Source: Octopus bimaculoides (Eukaryota). From it: a stretch of 63,753 nt of DNA. This document shows, piece by piece, positions 26,821-40,200 of the stretch. The stretch spans positions 9,764,088 to 9,827,840 of the forward strand of contig NC_068982.1 in NCBI RefSeq assembly GCF_001194135.2, given 5' to 3'. Position numbers and translations under genes: made by a program. Under the pieces are notes generated by a model. The model saw only the letters and a program-made list of their open reading frames with translations, was not told the DNA's origin and made no database searches. Within the stretch, counting starts at the first letter, position 1. Every line of letters begins with the position of its first letter.

Positions 26821-27459
26821 GTATGTGTATGTGTGCAGTGGAAGGGTCACATACATTAACACTGATAAGCTCTACTTCTAGACAACTAACTCGATTTGTA
26901 TGCATACATCCACATTTTTAAATGGAGTAACAAAAAAATCAAATAAATAAAAATTCAAAATAAAAACAAATAACATCAGTGCTAAAGTCAGATTGTTCTG
27001 ACTTTGAAACATCTTGTTGGTGCCTCACATAAATCATTGCTTTTTTTATGTAAGAACTGGTGAATGGAAGGTAAAGGCCAGAATCCCAACTGTGTTACTT
27101 CAAGGAATGCTGAAATACAAACACCATAATTCTAGAAACAGGCTCAATACTAAACAACAAATATAGAAATACAATATTTTGAAAATAATGAGGTGGAATG
27201 AAAACCAACCTAAATATTTACTTAGGGCAAGACTTCAGAATTGAACATAATGAATTTGATATTCAGTTCATGAAGTATTTGACCCATCACACAATTTGAT
27301 AAAATAAATCCAATTATATTTAACAATTGATCAAAAGATAAAAATAAATAAAACTCAATTAGGTTTTTTGTTTGTATGTGCATAATAATATATATATATA
27401 TAGAGAGAGAGATAGACAGAGAGAGGGACATAATATATATATATATATATATATATATA

Positions 27460-27687
27460 NNNNNNNNNNNNNNNNNNNNNNNNNNNNNNNNNNNNNNNNN
27501 NNNNNNNNNNNNNNNNNNNNNNNNNNNNNNNNNNNNNNNNNNNNNNNNNNNNNNNNNNNNNNNNNNNNNNNNNNNNNNNNNNNNNNNNNNNNNNNNNNNN
27601 NNNNNNNNNNNNNNNNNNNNNNNNNNNNNNNNNNNNNNNNNNNNNNNNNNNNNNNNNNNNNNNNNNNNNNNNNNNNNNNNNNNNNNN
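27460..27687. other. Assembly gap within a (TA)n/(GA)n tract
   Basis: N run. Confidence 0.99.
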
Positions 27688-27717
27688 ATATATATACACA
27701 TATGTACATCTATCTAC

Positions 27718-27762
<45 letters not shown>

Positions 27763-27849
27763 TAATACATATATACATAAACGTATATACATACACATAT
27801 GTATATATATATACGCACACACAAAATACTTATATATACATACATATTT

Positions 27850-27881
<32 letters not shown>

Positions 27882-29943
27882 GTACATATGTATGTATCTA
27901 TGTACGTTGTGCGTGTACACATAATATCCTACATGACCATACATGATATGAATGTTTCAAGAATTCATTTGCATGAATTGTTGGCTGTAAGTTTTATTAC
28001 TGAATGTCTTTCATACAGTCAGCCTATCAACGATATACTAGAAATATACACCCATAGGAAATGTAGAATGAGAGTGGAGTAGTAAACAGTAGACATCAGT
28101 CTTCACTTCACAGCAAACAGAATCTTAAACTATTTCGATATTTATCATTTTGTAATAATTCCATAACAAGTTAAATTATTTTAACAAGAAGTGTTACTAA
28201 AACATTTAATTATTACACAGCTGCAGAAGACACAAGTAATTAATGACACAAAGAATAATGGAAGGTTTCATTGTAGTTTGAATGCAATTGAATTGGAGCA
28301 GCTAATTATAATAGTTACCAACATTCAGACTGAAGAGTATGAAAAATCATATCACGATAGATAATATATGAAGCGTCTTGCCTCTCAGTCATAGTATTAT
28401 CCAAAACATTGTCAGTAGCTAATCAAAACTCTTAGCTAATCATACACATTTTTATTAGCCAATACTACTAAAATAATTAGCTACAGTGCAAAATGATAAA
28501 TTATCAGAAATTGTCAAATTGCTAATATTAGCTACAGCCATTAAGGAATTGATCAAATCAAATTTTTTAAGTCATAAGATGAAGTAATTAAAGAATATTA
28601 ATCCAGAATGGAATGACAGAGAATTAGAAAAGATAACACACTTGGATAAATCCTATAAAATATTTTGCTTTACTGCTTTTCATTCTGAGTTCAAATATTT
28701 TTCAATAAGTACAAAAGAAGAAATTTAAGTATCATTTTTTTTTTTTTCTTTTTTTTGCTTTCAGTTTTACTCAAATTAGTTTTAGAACTGATTGTTTTTA
28801 ACTTGGAAAATAATATCCACTTGCTAAACAATTTCAGTTTACATGACCTTGTGGGGGATTTTCTGCTCTCTTCATTTGCTCTGACTTCATCTATCATTGT
28901 TTTGTCAATGTATACCTATTTGTTAATTTGAATTAGTTCTTAGAAGTAATCAAGTTTAGCATATCATTTTATATTGAAATTAGTTTGACTGCTTTTATTT
29001 GAAAATCTTCCCATAAAATCTAACATTGATGACATGCAGTACTCCATATTTTCCTATTTGATCTTGTATTTCATTGCCTTAGAGTATAATAAGAAATATA
29101 TAGTTTTTGCCCATCACTGAAAAAAAAAAGAGTATTTTCTTCATTCAAAGAATACCATTAGCTTTCCTTAATTCACTATATTTGGTAAAGTTTAAATCCT
29201 TATCAAATAACCACAGTAATACCCTTCTCACCTTCAAAATCTTATTTACACTAATTATCTTGGAAAATAGATTATCACAATATCTGGTTTCTCCTACCAC
29301 ATAACATTTATCACATTTTGCACAGCTGATAATTGTCTTATTCCCATTATGTGCACCAAATAGATCAGAATATGTAATTTTCAACAAACATGTATAGAAT
29401 TTTAGTAAGGATTCTGTTTCATTAACTATAAAATTTCATACACAATTTGTGTTGCAACTGCCAAAAGAAATAGTAAAGAGATTTTAAAGATGAATCAATA
29501 GATATGAACTTAGGTCATATTTGATCATGATTGATTCTGCTTTACAAGTGATAACAATCTCAAAGTAAATTAACAAACTGTAAAACTGCAATAATTTAGA
29601 AAATTCAAGGAATTATTCCATTACAATACTTTGTATAGCAATTTTTATTAATATTATGTCTACTTTATATCATTACTGACAGTTTGATGTATTATATTAA
29701 GAATGCAGGAATACATTTTCAAACTTAATATTACCAAGAGAAGATTCTGTTATTTAGAATATTATTCTACCTTGTAGTGAATAAATCTTTACTTAAAAGA
29801 AAGATGTCTAATGATTCTTAGACAAGAATATATTAACAAATATGTTTTCTGCAATTTATAATTTGGTAATTTTGTATTTTCAATTGTATGGCAGATACAT
29901 TATTTACATTTGACGGATATTTGTCCTCATCTTGTTTGTTGTT

Positions 29944-29989
29944 AACACAACGTTTCAGCTGATATACCCTCCAGCCTTCATCATGTGTT
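29944..29989 (-). ncRNA. Minimal type-I hammerhead ribozyme motif, C3 mutated
   Basis: AACAC-ATGATGA-A-GGCTG-GAGGGTATAT-CAGCT-GAAA-CG-TT-GTGTT. Confidence 0.65.
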
Positions 29990-30252
29990 TTGGGGAAATT
30001 TTGAACCTGGGTTCTCATTCCTAAGGTAGTTTTTGATGTTATTATAATTATTCAAGTTACTGCCTGGAATCGAACTCAGAATCTTGGGGTTAGTAGCCCA
30101 CACTCTTAACCATTACCTAATATGCCTGTGGGCATATGGAATTAACAGCATGGGCTACTAATCTCAAGATTTGGAGTTCAATTCCAGATAGTGACCTGAA
30201 TAATATCAAAAAATACCTTAGGAAAGAAAACCCAGGTTTGAAATTTCCCCAA

Positions 30253-30295
30253 GACACCTGATGAAGGCTGGAGGGTATATCAACCGAAACGTGTT
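30253..30295 (+). ncRNA. Minimal type-I hammerhead ribozyme motif, damaged
   Basis: GACAC-CTGATGA-A-GGCTG-GAGGGTATAT-CAACC-GAAA-CGTGTT (stem II mismatch, 3-nt deletion at the cleavage site). Confidence 0.65.
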
Positions 30296-30768
30296 AACAA
30301 CAAACAAGATGAGGACAAATGTCCATCAAATGTAAATAATTCCTCATCTCTCAAATATATAACTGTGTATGACAGATGTAATGAAAGAGGATTTAATGAT
30401 TTATAATTCTGCATACATACATGCTATATATGTTACATAAGATAATGTAAATCTATGGAAAATAGTAAGTATATATTCTTGGGGTTTTATTCATGCCCAT
30501 CTTATGGCATTGAGCTTGTCACCAATCATTAATGAGGTAGGAATGCATAACAGAATATACGTGATACTAGACTTAAAATTTTACTTTAAAATTTCATCAG
30601 TTTTATTGTTGTCATTCTTCCTTCCATATATGATGAAAGAAATACCAACAATATTTTCAAATCTATCTACTTTATGCACTTCAGCACAAAACTCTATACT
30701 GGAACCAGTCAAAGGCAATTTTTTTTTAAAAGTAGGGATTACTTTAAATTAATTAAGGATAGAATAAG

Positions 30769-31328
30769 ATAATCATTTAACGTCCATTGTCCATGCTGGC
30801 ATAAGTTGAATGGTTTGACCAAGACTGGAAAGCTGCACCAGACTCCAGTCTGATTTGGCATGGTTTTCTATGGCTGGATGCCCTTCCTAATGCCAACCAC
30901 TCCAAGAGTGTAATGGGTGCTTTTATGTGCCACTCACATGGGTGCCATTTGCATGACACCAGTATCTGCCATGACTGCAATCTTGCTTGGCTTGATGGGT
31001 CTTCTTAAGCACAACATAATGCCAAAGGTCTTACTCAGTGCCTCCATGTGGCCCAATGCTCAAAAGCAACTCAGCCACTTTGCTCTCATGGGGCCCAACA
31101 GTCGAAAGAAACTCAGCCCCTTTGCCTCTATGAAGCCCAATGCTTGAAAGGAACTCAGCCACTTTGCCTTTGTAAGACCCAACACTTGAAAGGTGCTCTT
31201 TATGCACTACCAGGACAGGTGCCACTTACATGATGCCAGCATCAGTCACAACTATGATTTTACTTGGCTTGATGGGTCTTCTCAAGCACAGCATATAACC
31301 AAAGATCTTGGTCATTGGTTATTGCCTC
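30769..31328 (-). mobile_element. RTE LINE 3' fragment with internal 41-bp tandem repeats
   Basis: Same tail as 47243-47870 (TTTAACGTC..CCATGCTGGCAT, GCTGGATGCCCTTCCTAATGCCAACC); about four ACTCAGCCACTTTGCC..GGCCCAA..GAAAGGA units at about 31035-31195. Confidence 0.8.
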
Positions 31329-32562
31329 TCACAGAGGTGGTGTAGCATGATCTTCGAACTTTTCATGTCTTAAATATAATGACATTTAAAAAACTGAAGT
31401 CCTGCTTCATTTAGTTGATAACAATAATACATGTTCAAAGAGGATATAGAAGTAATGTCTTTAGTTATTATAAATTTGATATGTACCACTTTCATTTGGA
31501 AAAGGGTTAAAATAATATATATCATATTTAGTAAATATGAGTAACAGTATTAAATTCTAACAAATACTTTCAACTCAACATTACAATTTCATTAAAATAA
31601 AAACAAAAATATTTTAGCTGTCCATTTACATAAACCTGTTTTTTTTATGTCGTATCTTTATGGAAGACTAGGAAATTATATTCCATTCTATTTCTAAAGA
31701 ATATGTTTTAAACAAGACTACAACTAAATTAATTTAATAAAAACATTTTGACAACCATTCCAAAAATAACAATATACAAAACACTTTAATACAAATTTAA
31801 AAGTTAATTCTATTTTAAATATATATTAAATGATAACTATTTTTCCAAGGATGAACATTTATAATGCTATTTTCTGTCTCAAAAATTCTGACTTCCTTGA
31901 CAATTAGATCATATAGATTAGATCATAAAGGTGAGAAATAATATTTTTTAATATGGAAAGGAATTATGAACTCTGATTTGATAAAAATTTACCAAAACTA
32001 ATAAAATACCCATTAAATGAATATAATATAATATTTTTGCATAAACTTATTTAAAATTTGATTATAAGGTTTTGGGAGAAATATCTCTAAACTGATCTCA
32101 TTACATTATTTCTTATATATTTTATTAAATAATATTTTTCTCAAACATAATCTGCTGATTTCTTATTTAAAGTTAATGTACCAGATTTACAATAAAGGAA
32201 ATTGCATGATGCATGTTTTCTTAAAGAGCCATTACAGAATAAAGTGCATTCAATTGAAGAATCAGATTGCCAACTTGGCCCACCAAAAGCATTCTTTTTG
32301 CACATTTTTGGTGGGCTATTGGAGGGTACTGTATACATTGCTTCCTGAGAAGATCCAATCCTGGAATTCTTCCAAAATACATAATACTGTCTAGCAGATC
32401 TAATGCTTCACTAATATGCTTTCTCATACTTTCTTATTCTACTGGAAGTGTTAATTGTGTTGGCTAAGATACAAAACAGTGATAATTATTATTAAATATA
32501 ACCTCATCATTCTTCATTTGATTAGCTGCTTTAATCACTTGATGATTGCATATCTTTTTCAG

Positions 32563-32607
32563 TGCATTTGTGATTGTTTCCCTTTGTTTAGTTCTAATAG
32601 TGCCAAG
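32563..32607 (+). CDS. Possible 45-nt exon, unassigned (AFVIVSLCLVLIVP or CICDCFPLFSSNSAK)
   Basis: Acceptor ATCTTTTTCAG and consensus donor AAG|GTAAGT; no homology recognised. Confidence 0.2.
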
Positions 32608-32864
32608 GTAAGTTCTAAGTAAATTAAGTTTATATTATAATTTTAATATTCACTCAGAACCACTTCCATTAAATCATAATTGATTTTGCATCTGGTAAAC
32701 ACATTCAGTGAAGATTACATTTTTATTCCTAATAACAACTTATCTACAACTACAAGTCAACTCCACAGATTCACTCTTAATGTGAATTTATACATCGCAG
32801 CAAAGAGATAGTATTTATATTGTGAACTAATTATATTAAGTCTTGATTCAGTAACTTATTCATA

Positions 32865-33035
32865 GCTTCGGGCAGTAAATTAGCAGTGTCATTAGGTCAG
32901 TGGCTGAAATGGCTTACAGTATTTGTCCTGGCACTTTGGTCCCTGATTTCACCTTTACATTTCATTCCTCTAAGGTCAATAGTACAAATCAAGCAGTGGG
33001 GTTCAATTATCCACCCACCCCCTCCCACTCCCTAT
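32865..33035 (+). mobile_element. Old, diverged family-B-like SINE
   Basis: GGCAGTAAATTAGCAG..GAAATGGCTTACAGTATTTGTCC..TTTCATTCCTCTAAGGTCAATA..GGGGTTCAATT..CCCCTCCC. Confidence 0.45.
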
Positions 33036-35154
33036 CTTTCTCTTGGAATTAGCTATGTTGTGCTGTAAGAGATCACAGGAGACTACTCACAATGACACCT
33101 TCCCCAGGAGGGTGAGGAGGACTACCAATCTCTTCTCACAGGAAAACTAATATATTACTGAAGTCATCGGAAGATGTCCTGATGTCTAGCACAGCATGGA
33201 ACAGACATAAATAAAAATGTATTTTTCAGCTAAATAGAGATTTGAATGAACAGGTTTAAAACTAAAGTCTAAAATATTGATTTGTTCTCTTGTGAAAAAC
33301 CTATTTAAATTGTTAATGTATTTTATCTGTTTATATTATAACCTGAATTCAATTTAATATTAGCCTATTTTTATGTTTTTGTTTGGTTTTCAATTTAAGA
33401 TTAATTATTAATCCAATACAGTATGTTGTACCATTTCATTAACCATTGATCTCTTTGGCTAAATGCCTAAATGTTTCATCTCTAAAGATATTATCAGTCT
33501 GATTAAAATTAAAACACCCCCTTTTTTTTTGCTATCTTTCTTTCTTTCTTCCTTCTTATTCACCCATAAATTTTATATTCTAAATTTTCTCTTGCAAAAT
33601 TATGCCTAAATTATGCAATGAAAATTATTTACATTTCAGCTAATTTTCTGTACAAAATTTCAAATTCAATATTCAAGTAATATTTACGTAAGGTTACCTT
33701 ACAATATTTTGAAAATAAGTTTTCCAGCTTATCATTCCTGTATAAAAAGTTTAATTAAATGATCATTTGAGATACTTTAACTCAAAAATTGTAATAAACA
33801 GAAATAACATTCTTATCAACTGAAAAACAGCTTACTTTGTTTTCTTTTCTTTTTTCCACACTTTTCTAAGTTACTGACTATAATAACTTGTTCAAAAATT
33901 AGAATAAGTCAAATTGATGGTCTGAATATAAAATTCCACATAATTATTTGTTTAAATTGAATTGTCGTTGTTATTGCTGAGATTATTTTAGCTAATCAGA
34001 TGCTAGTTTTAATAATTAGATCCATGCTAACTTTATTGCTTTTTGACATGCAAAGAGTGACAAAACCGTTTGTTGTGAAGGGTTAAGTCTTTAAATGGAG
34101 TCAGATTAATTTTCTTCCTTTTTTTTTTTTTTTTTTTTTTTTTTTGTCATTTGAAAATTATTCATGCACACATGCACGCAACTGTTTAAGCACTCACTAA
34201 AAACACCAAAATATTTTCAATTCTATATTTCAATTTTCCATTCTTTAAATACTTTCTATTCATTAAGAGATAATTGGCAGCATTACTTATATTTGCATAT
34301 GAATAAATGAGATAACTACCTTGAAACCATTAAAAATATATAAATCTGAAGTTGGCTTATGACAGAATGTTTCTTGTATATTGTAATGTAGCATGCTGAT
34401 AATTTATTGTCAAATATAATTCACTCCCAGGTTTTGATTTCCACTTTTATTTACACTCCTATGGTGTTATAGTGTTATTTGTTTCTATATATTTCGGATT
34501 TAAGCCAATGAACTACAAATCTTTATATTCACATAATAACTTCAAAGGATAGTTTAGTTTCTCTGTTTATCTAACACAAATGGATAAGTTCTACAAAACA
34601 GGTTTATATTATATAACGATATCATCTATGTTATTCAATGCGTTATGCTCATATATGGTACACGAGGGTGGTTGAAGGAGCAAAGGCGTGTCAATGACTG
34701 AAGGAAGTTCCCAAATTTGTCGTTGGGTAGCTGAAGCAATTGATAATAAATGTTTTCACAATGGATTGTAATGTGCAATTTCATTTCTCTCGGTTCAGTT
34801 CAAATCAAATCAAATCAACATCTTCGAGAATGATACAAGAACACCAATACGGTTCCGAATTAATTCAAGAAACCATATCAAACCATCAGAAAGGAATGCA
34901 TTCTAGCAGCCTAATTTGCAAAGATACACTACCAGAAAATAATGACTGCCATGATACCTACATGACCTAATTAAGCAGACATTTGAAGTAACAATATATA
35001 TTTTGGAATGCTTAATGGGATAACACTATTCACTAGACCTTATTAAACTCTTCCACTATTCATTGTTTCGTATCATCACTATCAAAATATCAATTGAATA
35101 ATTTTACCCATTAACAAATTTGAGCATTTTCTATTGTCATTGATTCTTTTATCA

Positions 35155-35315
35155 TTTTACTTGTTCCAGTCATTTGATGGAAGCTATGCTGGAGCATCGC
35201 CTTTAGTTGAGCAAATTGACCCCAGAGCTTATTCTTTGTAAGCCTAGTACTTGTTCTATCACTCTCTTGCTGAACCACTAAGTTACGGGGGACAAACACA
35301 CACACAAACATATAC

Positions 35316-35359
<44 letters not shown>

Positions 35360-35519
35360 CAGGCCTCTTCCAGTTTCTATCTACCAAATCCACTCACAAG
35401 GCTTTGGTTGGCCCGAGGCTATAGTAGAAGACACCTGCCCAAGGTGCCACGCAGTGGGATTGAACCCAGGACCATGTGGTCAGTAAGCAAGCTACTTACC
35501 ATACAGCCACTCCTGCACC
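35155..35519 (-). mobile_element. SINE family A with internal (CA)/(TA) tract
   Basis: CCCGAGGCTATAGTAGAAGACACCTGCCCAAGGTGCCACGCAGTGGGATTGAACCC..CTTACCATACAGCCACTCCTGCACC. Confidence 0.92.
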
Positions 35520-37050
35520 ATACAGCACTCAGCTCAATGACTCAAACCAGTAAAAGGTAAAAACGGGAAACTTGTCTCCGTAAATATGAATATAGAGTAA
35601 CGTGCATCCAACATTTTATTCATTTAGCTATGATCTTAGTATGGATGTTGTTTGGTGCCAAGTTTTCAACTAGGCACCAGCATTTTGAAATTAGAATATG
35701 TTTAACAAACTACATGAAGACATATTCTAGTTTGGAAAAGCTCATCCTTCAACAAGCTGTTGACTATACCTCAGACTTGGTCAGGGATAATGGTTCCAGT
35801 TGCACATTACAATAACCTTATGCTCTCACTACTGATCAGCAATCAGAACTCTTTGCATGCATCTATTTAGCAATGTGTCTTAAAATAGAATTCCTGTTTT
35901 AAAATAACCGTCACTAAATACAACTTTTTCTTAGAACCAGCTTCCTCTTGAACCATGTATATTTTTTTTTGCATCAGATGTAACATTCACCTGAATTATA
36001 TTTTACCAAAAGCAATGTTCTTTACCATTATAATTAATGGATTTTTTTCCACACACAACTGCTTTTAGCAAGAATAACTTTTGACAGAATCAGTTTCTAT
36101 AATCCAATCGATATTTCTTAGAGATATATTTCATTTGAATAATGGTTCATCAAAGTAATCTTTAAATCTGAAGGCTACAATTAAATTCATTTAATGAAGT
36201 GGCAGTGTATTTTTAGCACACTAGTTCTATTCACTATATCTAATTAAACTTCCCTTACTTTATAGTTTTCTATCATCCCATTTTGAAAAATTTTCTTATC
36301 AATAAAGTTCTTAATCCATTGATGAACTTCTGCCTTTACATATTTTTGTTATTGCTGCACCTAATATATTCTTTCCTTCTACAAACTTATTTATTTCATT
36401 TTATTTACTATTCAAAATTATCCATGATATCTTCAGTTCTCTTACTTGCCAATTATATTCTCCTGTTTGTTGCCAAATCTGCTATTAACTAACATATCGA
36501 ATAGATTTGATTCATTCAATAATTGCATCATTATAGAACTTGATACATTTCCACATAGCTGCCAATATTTTCCCTCTTTTGAAAGTAGTTGAAATTCTCA
36601 CTCTTCACAACTGCAACAGCAATACTCAGATTTCATATTTACTAAGAAGGGGAAATAGAAAAAGCATGGCAACCTTATTTCAATATTAAAATTGAAAATT
36701 TCTTCCATTAAGCTTTAATCCCCTATTTGATTCAAATGGCCCCTAGTTTATCTGAATACTTACTAGGTCTTTTTTATTTGAAAGTTGTATAGATAATTAA
36801 TTTTATAACTATTATTCACTTTATCCCAAATTTCTAAATTCATAGAAAATTTATATTATATATTACTTTATATATTACATTTTTCTTTACTAACTATATC
36901 ATCGTTTTTATTTTATTTTTGACCCACTATGGATTCAAAGCTAACAATAGATAATAATGATAAATTTGGTGAGATTATATTGGTTCTTATCCAAATTTTT
37001 ATATCAATTTGTAGTTCACCATTTTACAATATCATAAGTTTTTAAATATT

Positions 37051-37265
37051 TGTTTCTACTCTAGGCATAAGGCCCAAAATTTTGGGGGATGGAGCCCAGT
37101 CAATTAGATCAACACTAGTACACAACTGGTACTTAATTTATCGACCCCGAAAGGATGAAAGGCAAGTCAGCCTCAGCTGAATTTGAACTCAGAACATAAT
37201 GACAGATGATATACTGCTAAGCATTTCGCCCAACATGCTAACGTTTCTGCTAGCTCGCTGCCTTG
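37051..37265 (-). mobile_element. SINE family B, tail type 2, with 16-bp TSD
   Basis: TSD TAAGTTTTTAAATATT at 37035-37050 and 37266-37281. Confidence 0.92.
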
Positions 37266-40200
37266 TAAGTTTTTAAATATTAAGACAATAATATGAGTAG
37301 AAATACAAATTAATTGATGCATTCTACAGATTAAACTGAAATTACTATCATTTTAAAGTGCAACAGTAGTAGTATTTTCACACTATTCTTTATGATGTAT
37401 GTATTGAAATGAATGTAGCCAAGTTCAATGAACAGTGTTTAAAATAGAACAAGTTCATTCAAGTCAAATTTGAAATCTTTGATATTCAAGTTAATATATA
37501 GTTATAAAGCCTTTATTCTTATCAACTGTGAAACATAAATTTACATAAAAGTGGTGGCAAGTATAATAACAGCTAAGATTTAAGTAACTATTCTGCTTAA
37601 TGTTGAAATCCTGAATGTACATTAAATTTTATTTGATATTAGAAATACCACTACCCTATTCTTGTCATTACTGGTGTTGCCTTAGTTGCATCTATCAATA
37701 TTGATTTGTTTTAGCTAAGCATAGGAATAATTATAAATGGAAAATGTATAATAGACTGTGTCCCTGAAGTGTATTATGGGTATTCATTTTATCAATTCCT
37801 GAGAATTTGAAAGACAAAGTCAACTTTAATTTTAAGTACAGAGCAGTAAAAATAGTGTTTTACTTTGTAAATTGCTTCTTATTTTAACAGCTTTATTTTT
37901 ATTACTACAGTAATAATATACACTTGATTTTATTTTCTTCACCAGAAGAATTTATTGTTTAAATATTTAATCTATTATCTTTCATAATATTGAAAATAAA
38001 ATTTGTTTTCAATGAAGAATTTATGACATAAAAAAAAATCATGATATTTCTAAGATAATAAAATAACTAGTTTGTATTTTCTTTTAGTTATTTCATTGTT
38101 ATTAGTTTCATTAAAATACCTCCTGTTTGCTTTGAAAGGTTTTCTAGAAACTATATTTGTCTTATTCCTATTGGTGAAGGGGTAGGCAAATTAAATTGCC
38201 TCCACTATATTCAGGTGTTTACTTTACTATGGAAAGATTCCATAGTTGATAAAACTAAGAATATAAAGAAATATCTAAAAACAATATTAACATACTTCAC
38301 TTTCTATTATTTGCCATCTAAACAACAACAACAAAATTAATAACTGACATGGCATTACTATACTTCTATAAAAAATATTATTGAGAATTGAACCCACCAC
38401 AAATAAATAAGTATAATGATTGTAATCATATTTGAAAGATGATATTTAATGATAAGTCTGGTAGTATTTGAACTCAGAATGTAGCAGATATTGTTAGTTC
38501 TATACCATTATTGTATTTGCCACCTTCATATGTCTAGTAATAGTTAACACTTCAATAAATTAGCTTTTTAATCAATTAAGTGTTTTATAGCAATATTTAA
38601 AAATTAGTGTTATATATTTTTTCAGAAGAATCAGAGAAATCAATTTGAAATAATGTTTATAATGACTTCTTGAGTTAAAAGCTTGAGACTTGCTAGAATA
38701 GTTTGTGGCAGCAATATTTGTTGGGTTATAAGAAGTCAACTAAAACAAAAATGTTATTCATCAATGAATCACTAAAGGCAGTTATTAATAACATAGTACT
38801 CAATCCAAACAATATATCTAAAATGAAAATTTATAATGTTAGCAAGCAAAGGAAATGGAAACAAAATCATCAAAATGAATATATTTGCAGAAATCAAAAT
38901 TCAAGCCATGCTTTTAGTGCTGAATGTATGTATGTATATATATATATATATAGATATTTGATATATTGATATGTATTGCTATATCAGAGATATAATTCGC
39001 AGCATTATTAGGTCATTGGTGTTATTTACAAGAGAGGTGAAAATAATTTTGTAATTTCGTGAGAAGTTGGTCACTCATATGCGTTCACTTATCATAAATT
39101 AATGACACTGTTGCATGAACATTCACTACAACTCCATTAAATAATAGTTGGTTAAAGACTGACATATTTAGATCCAGTTTTACCAGCAAAACCTTTGCCC
39201 TGATATTTACCTAATTTGGAATATTCCCAATATACTTTCATTAGATTCTAATTGTGTGACAGCTTTCTTTTCACTATTGCAATGGGTTTATCTAGATATT
39301 TTAAATATTCTATAAATGGTTTTCTAAAGCACTCAAAGTAAATACATGGAATATACTGAATTACAGTAGAAATTAAAAATTTTCATTGATATAAAAAATT
39401 ATTTGAAGTTAACTGTAACACCAAAATGTTGAAAGCTGATAATAAGTAAAATGAAAATTGCCACTTTGATATACAAATGTATTCTCAGACAATCATCATC
39501 AGCTATTGGATTTACTAAAAGTAAATATATTTCTATTATCTCAATCATTTGATATTTAATAAAATAAATGTGTGAGAACCATCAAGATGGCTTAGTTCTT
39601 CACGTAAATGAAGACAGAAGATTTAGATGTTTGCCATGAATGATATGTAGTTGTATAAAATGAGAATCTTCAATTTAAGTAAATGGCAAAATGTGGATTA
39701 CTGTGATCAAGATTTAAAAACTGACAAAGAATCAATAGCCAGAAGTTCTTGTCTTTCTTTGCAATGCTACTTAAAAAGTCCTAATGCAAGTTAGTTGGTG
39801 TGCTTTAACACACACATACACACACATTGTGTGTGTCTGCATTAGTGGACATAAGTATATTTATGAAAAGAAATAAGCTTTCCAATGAATTGCACATTAC
39901 ATTATGCTAAAAATATCAAATAAAATCAGATATAAACAATACAATACTACATTCACTATAAAATATAAAGCAAAATTAAATTAATGGACCATACATTTCG
40001 TGCTTATACTTACAATGCATTTGTGATAGAAAATATCATTGAAAATATTAAGATAATTCCAGATATAATGTGGGCAGAAGTGTACATATATAATAACATG
40101 CATACATCACTGCTACTGTTTTTTTTAAACAGCGTGAACATGTAAAAGTGTATTCTGGTGTGCACAAACACATTGAGAAGTGTAAATCATAAGCGTGAAT

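Larger units (their letters stand above)
29897..30365. mobile_element. Palindromic tRNA-headed, hammerhead-tailed element (family H), two inverted arms
   Basis: 29897-30126 is the reverse complement of about 30131-30340; centre ATATGCC-TGTG-GGCATAT; flanked by 12-bp TSD TGTATG(G/A)CAGAT at 29885-29896 and 30366-30377. Confidence 0.9.

Noticed and set aside
29145-29387. 80-aa minus-strand ORF, and the similar 77-aa ORF at 54955-55188
   Set aside because: Protein-like by eye but no recognised homology and no coherent acceptor/donor pair.
30990-31200. 41-bp repeats as a CRISPR-like array
   Set aside because: Head-to-tail repeats without unique spacers, inside a eukaryotic LINE.
34050-34086. 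Isolated GGGTTAA ends (also near 31505) as piggyBac MITEs
   Set aside because: No matching opposite terminal repeat found.
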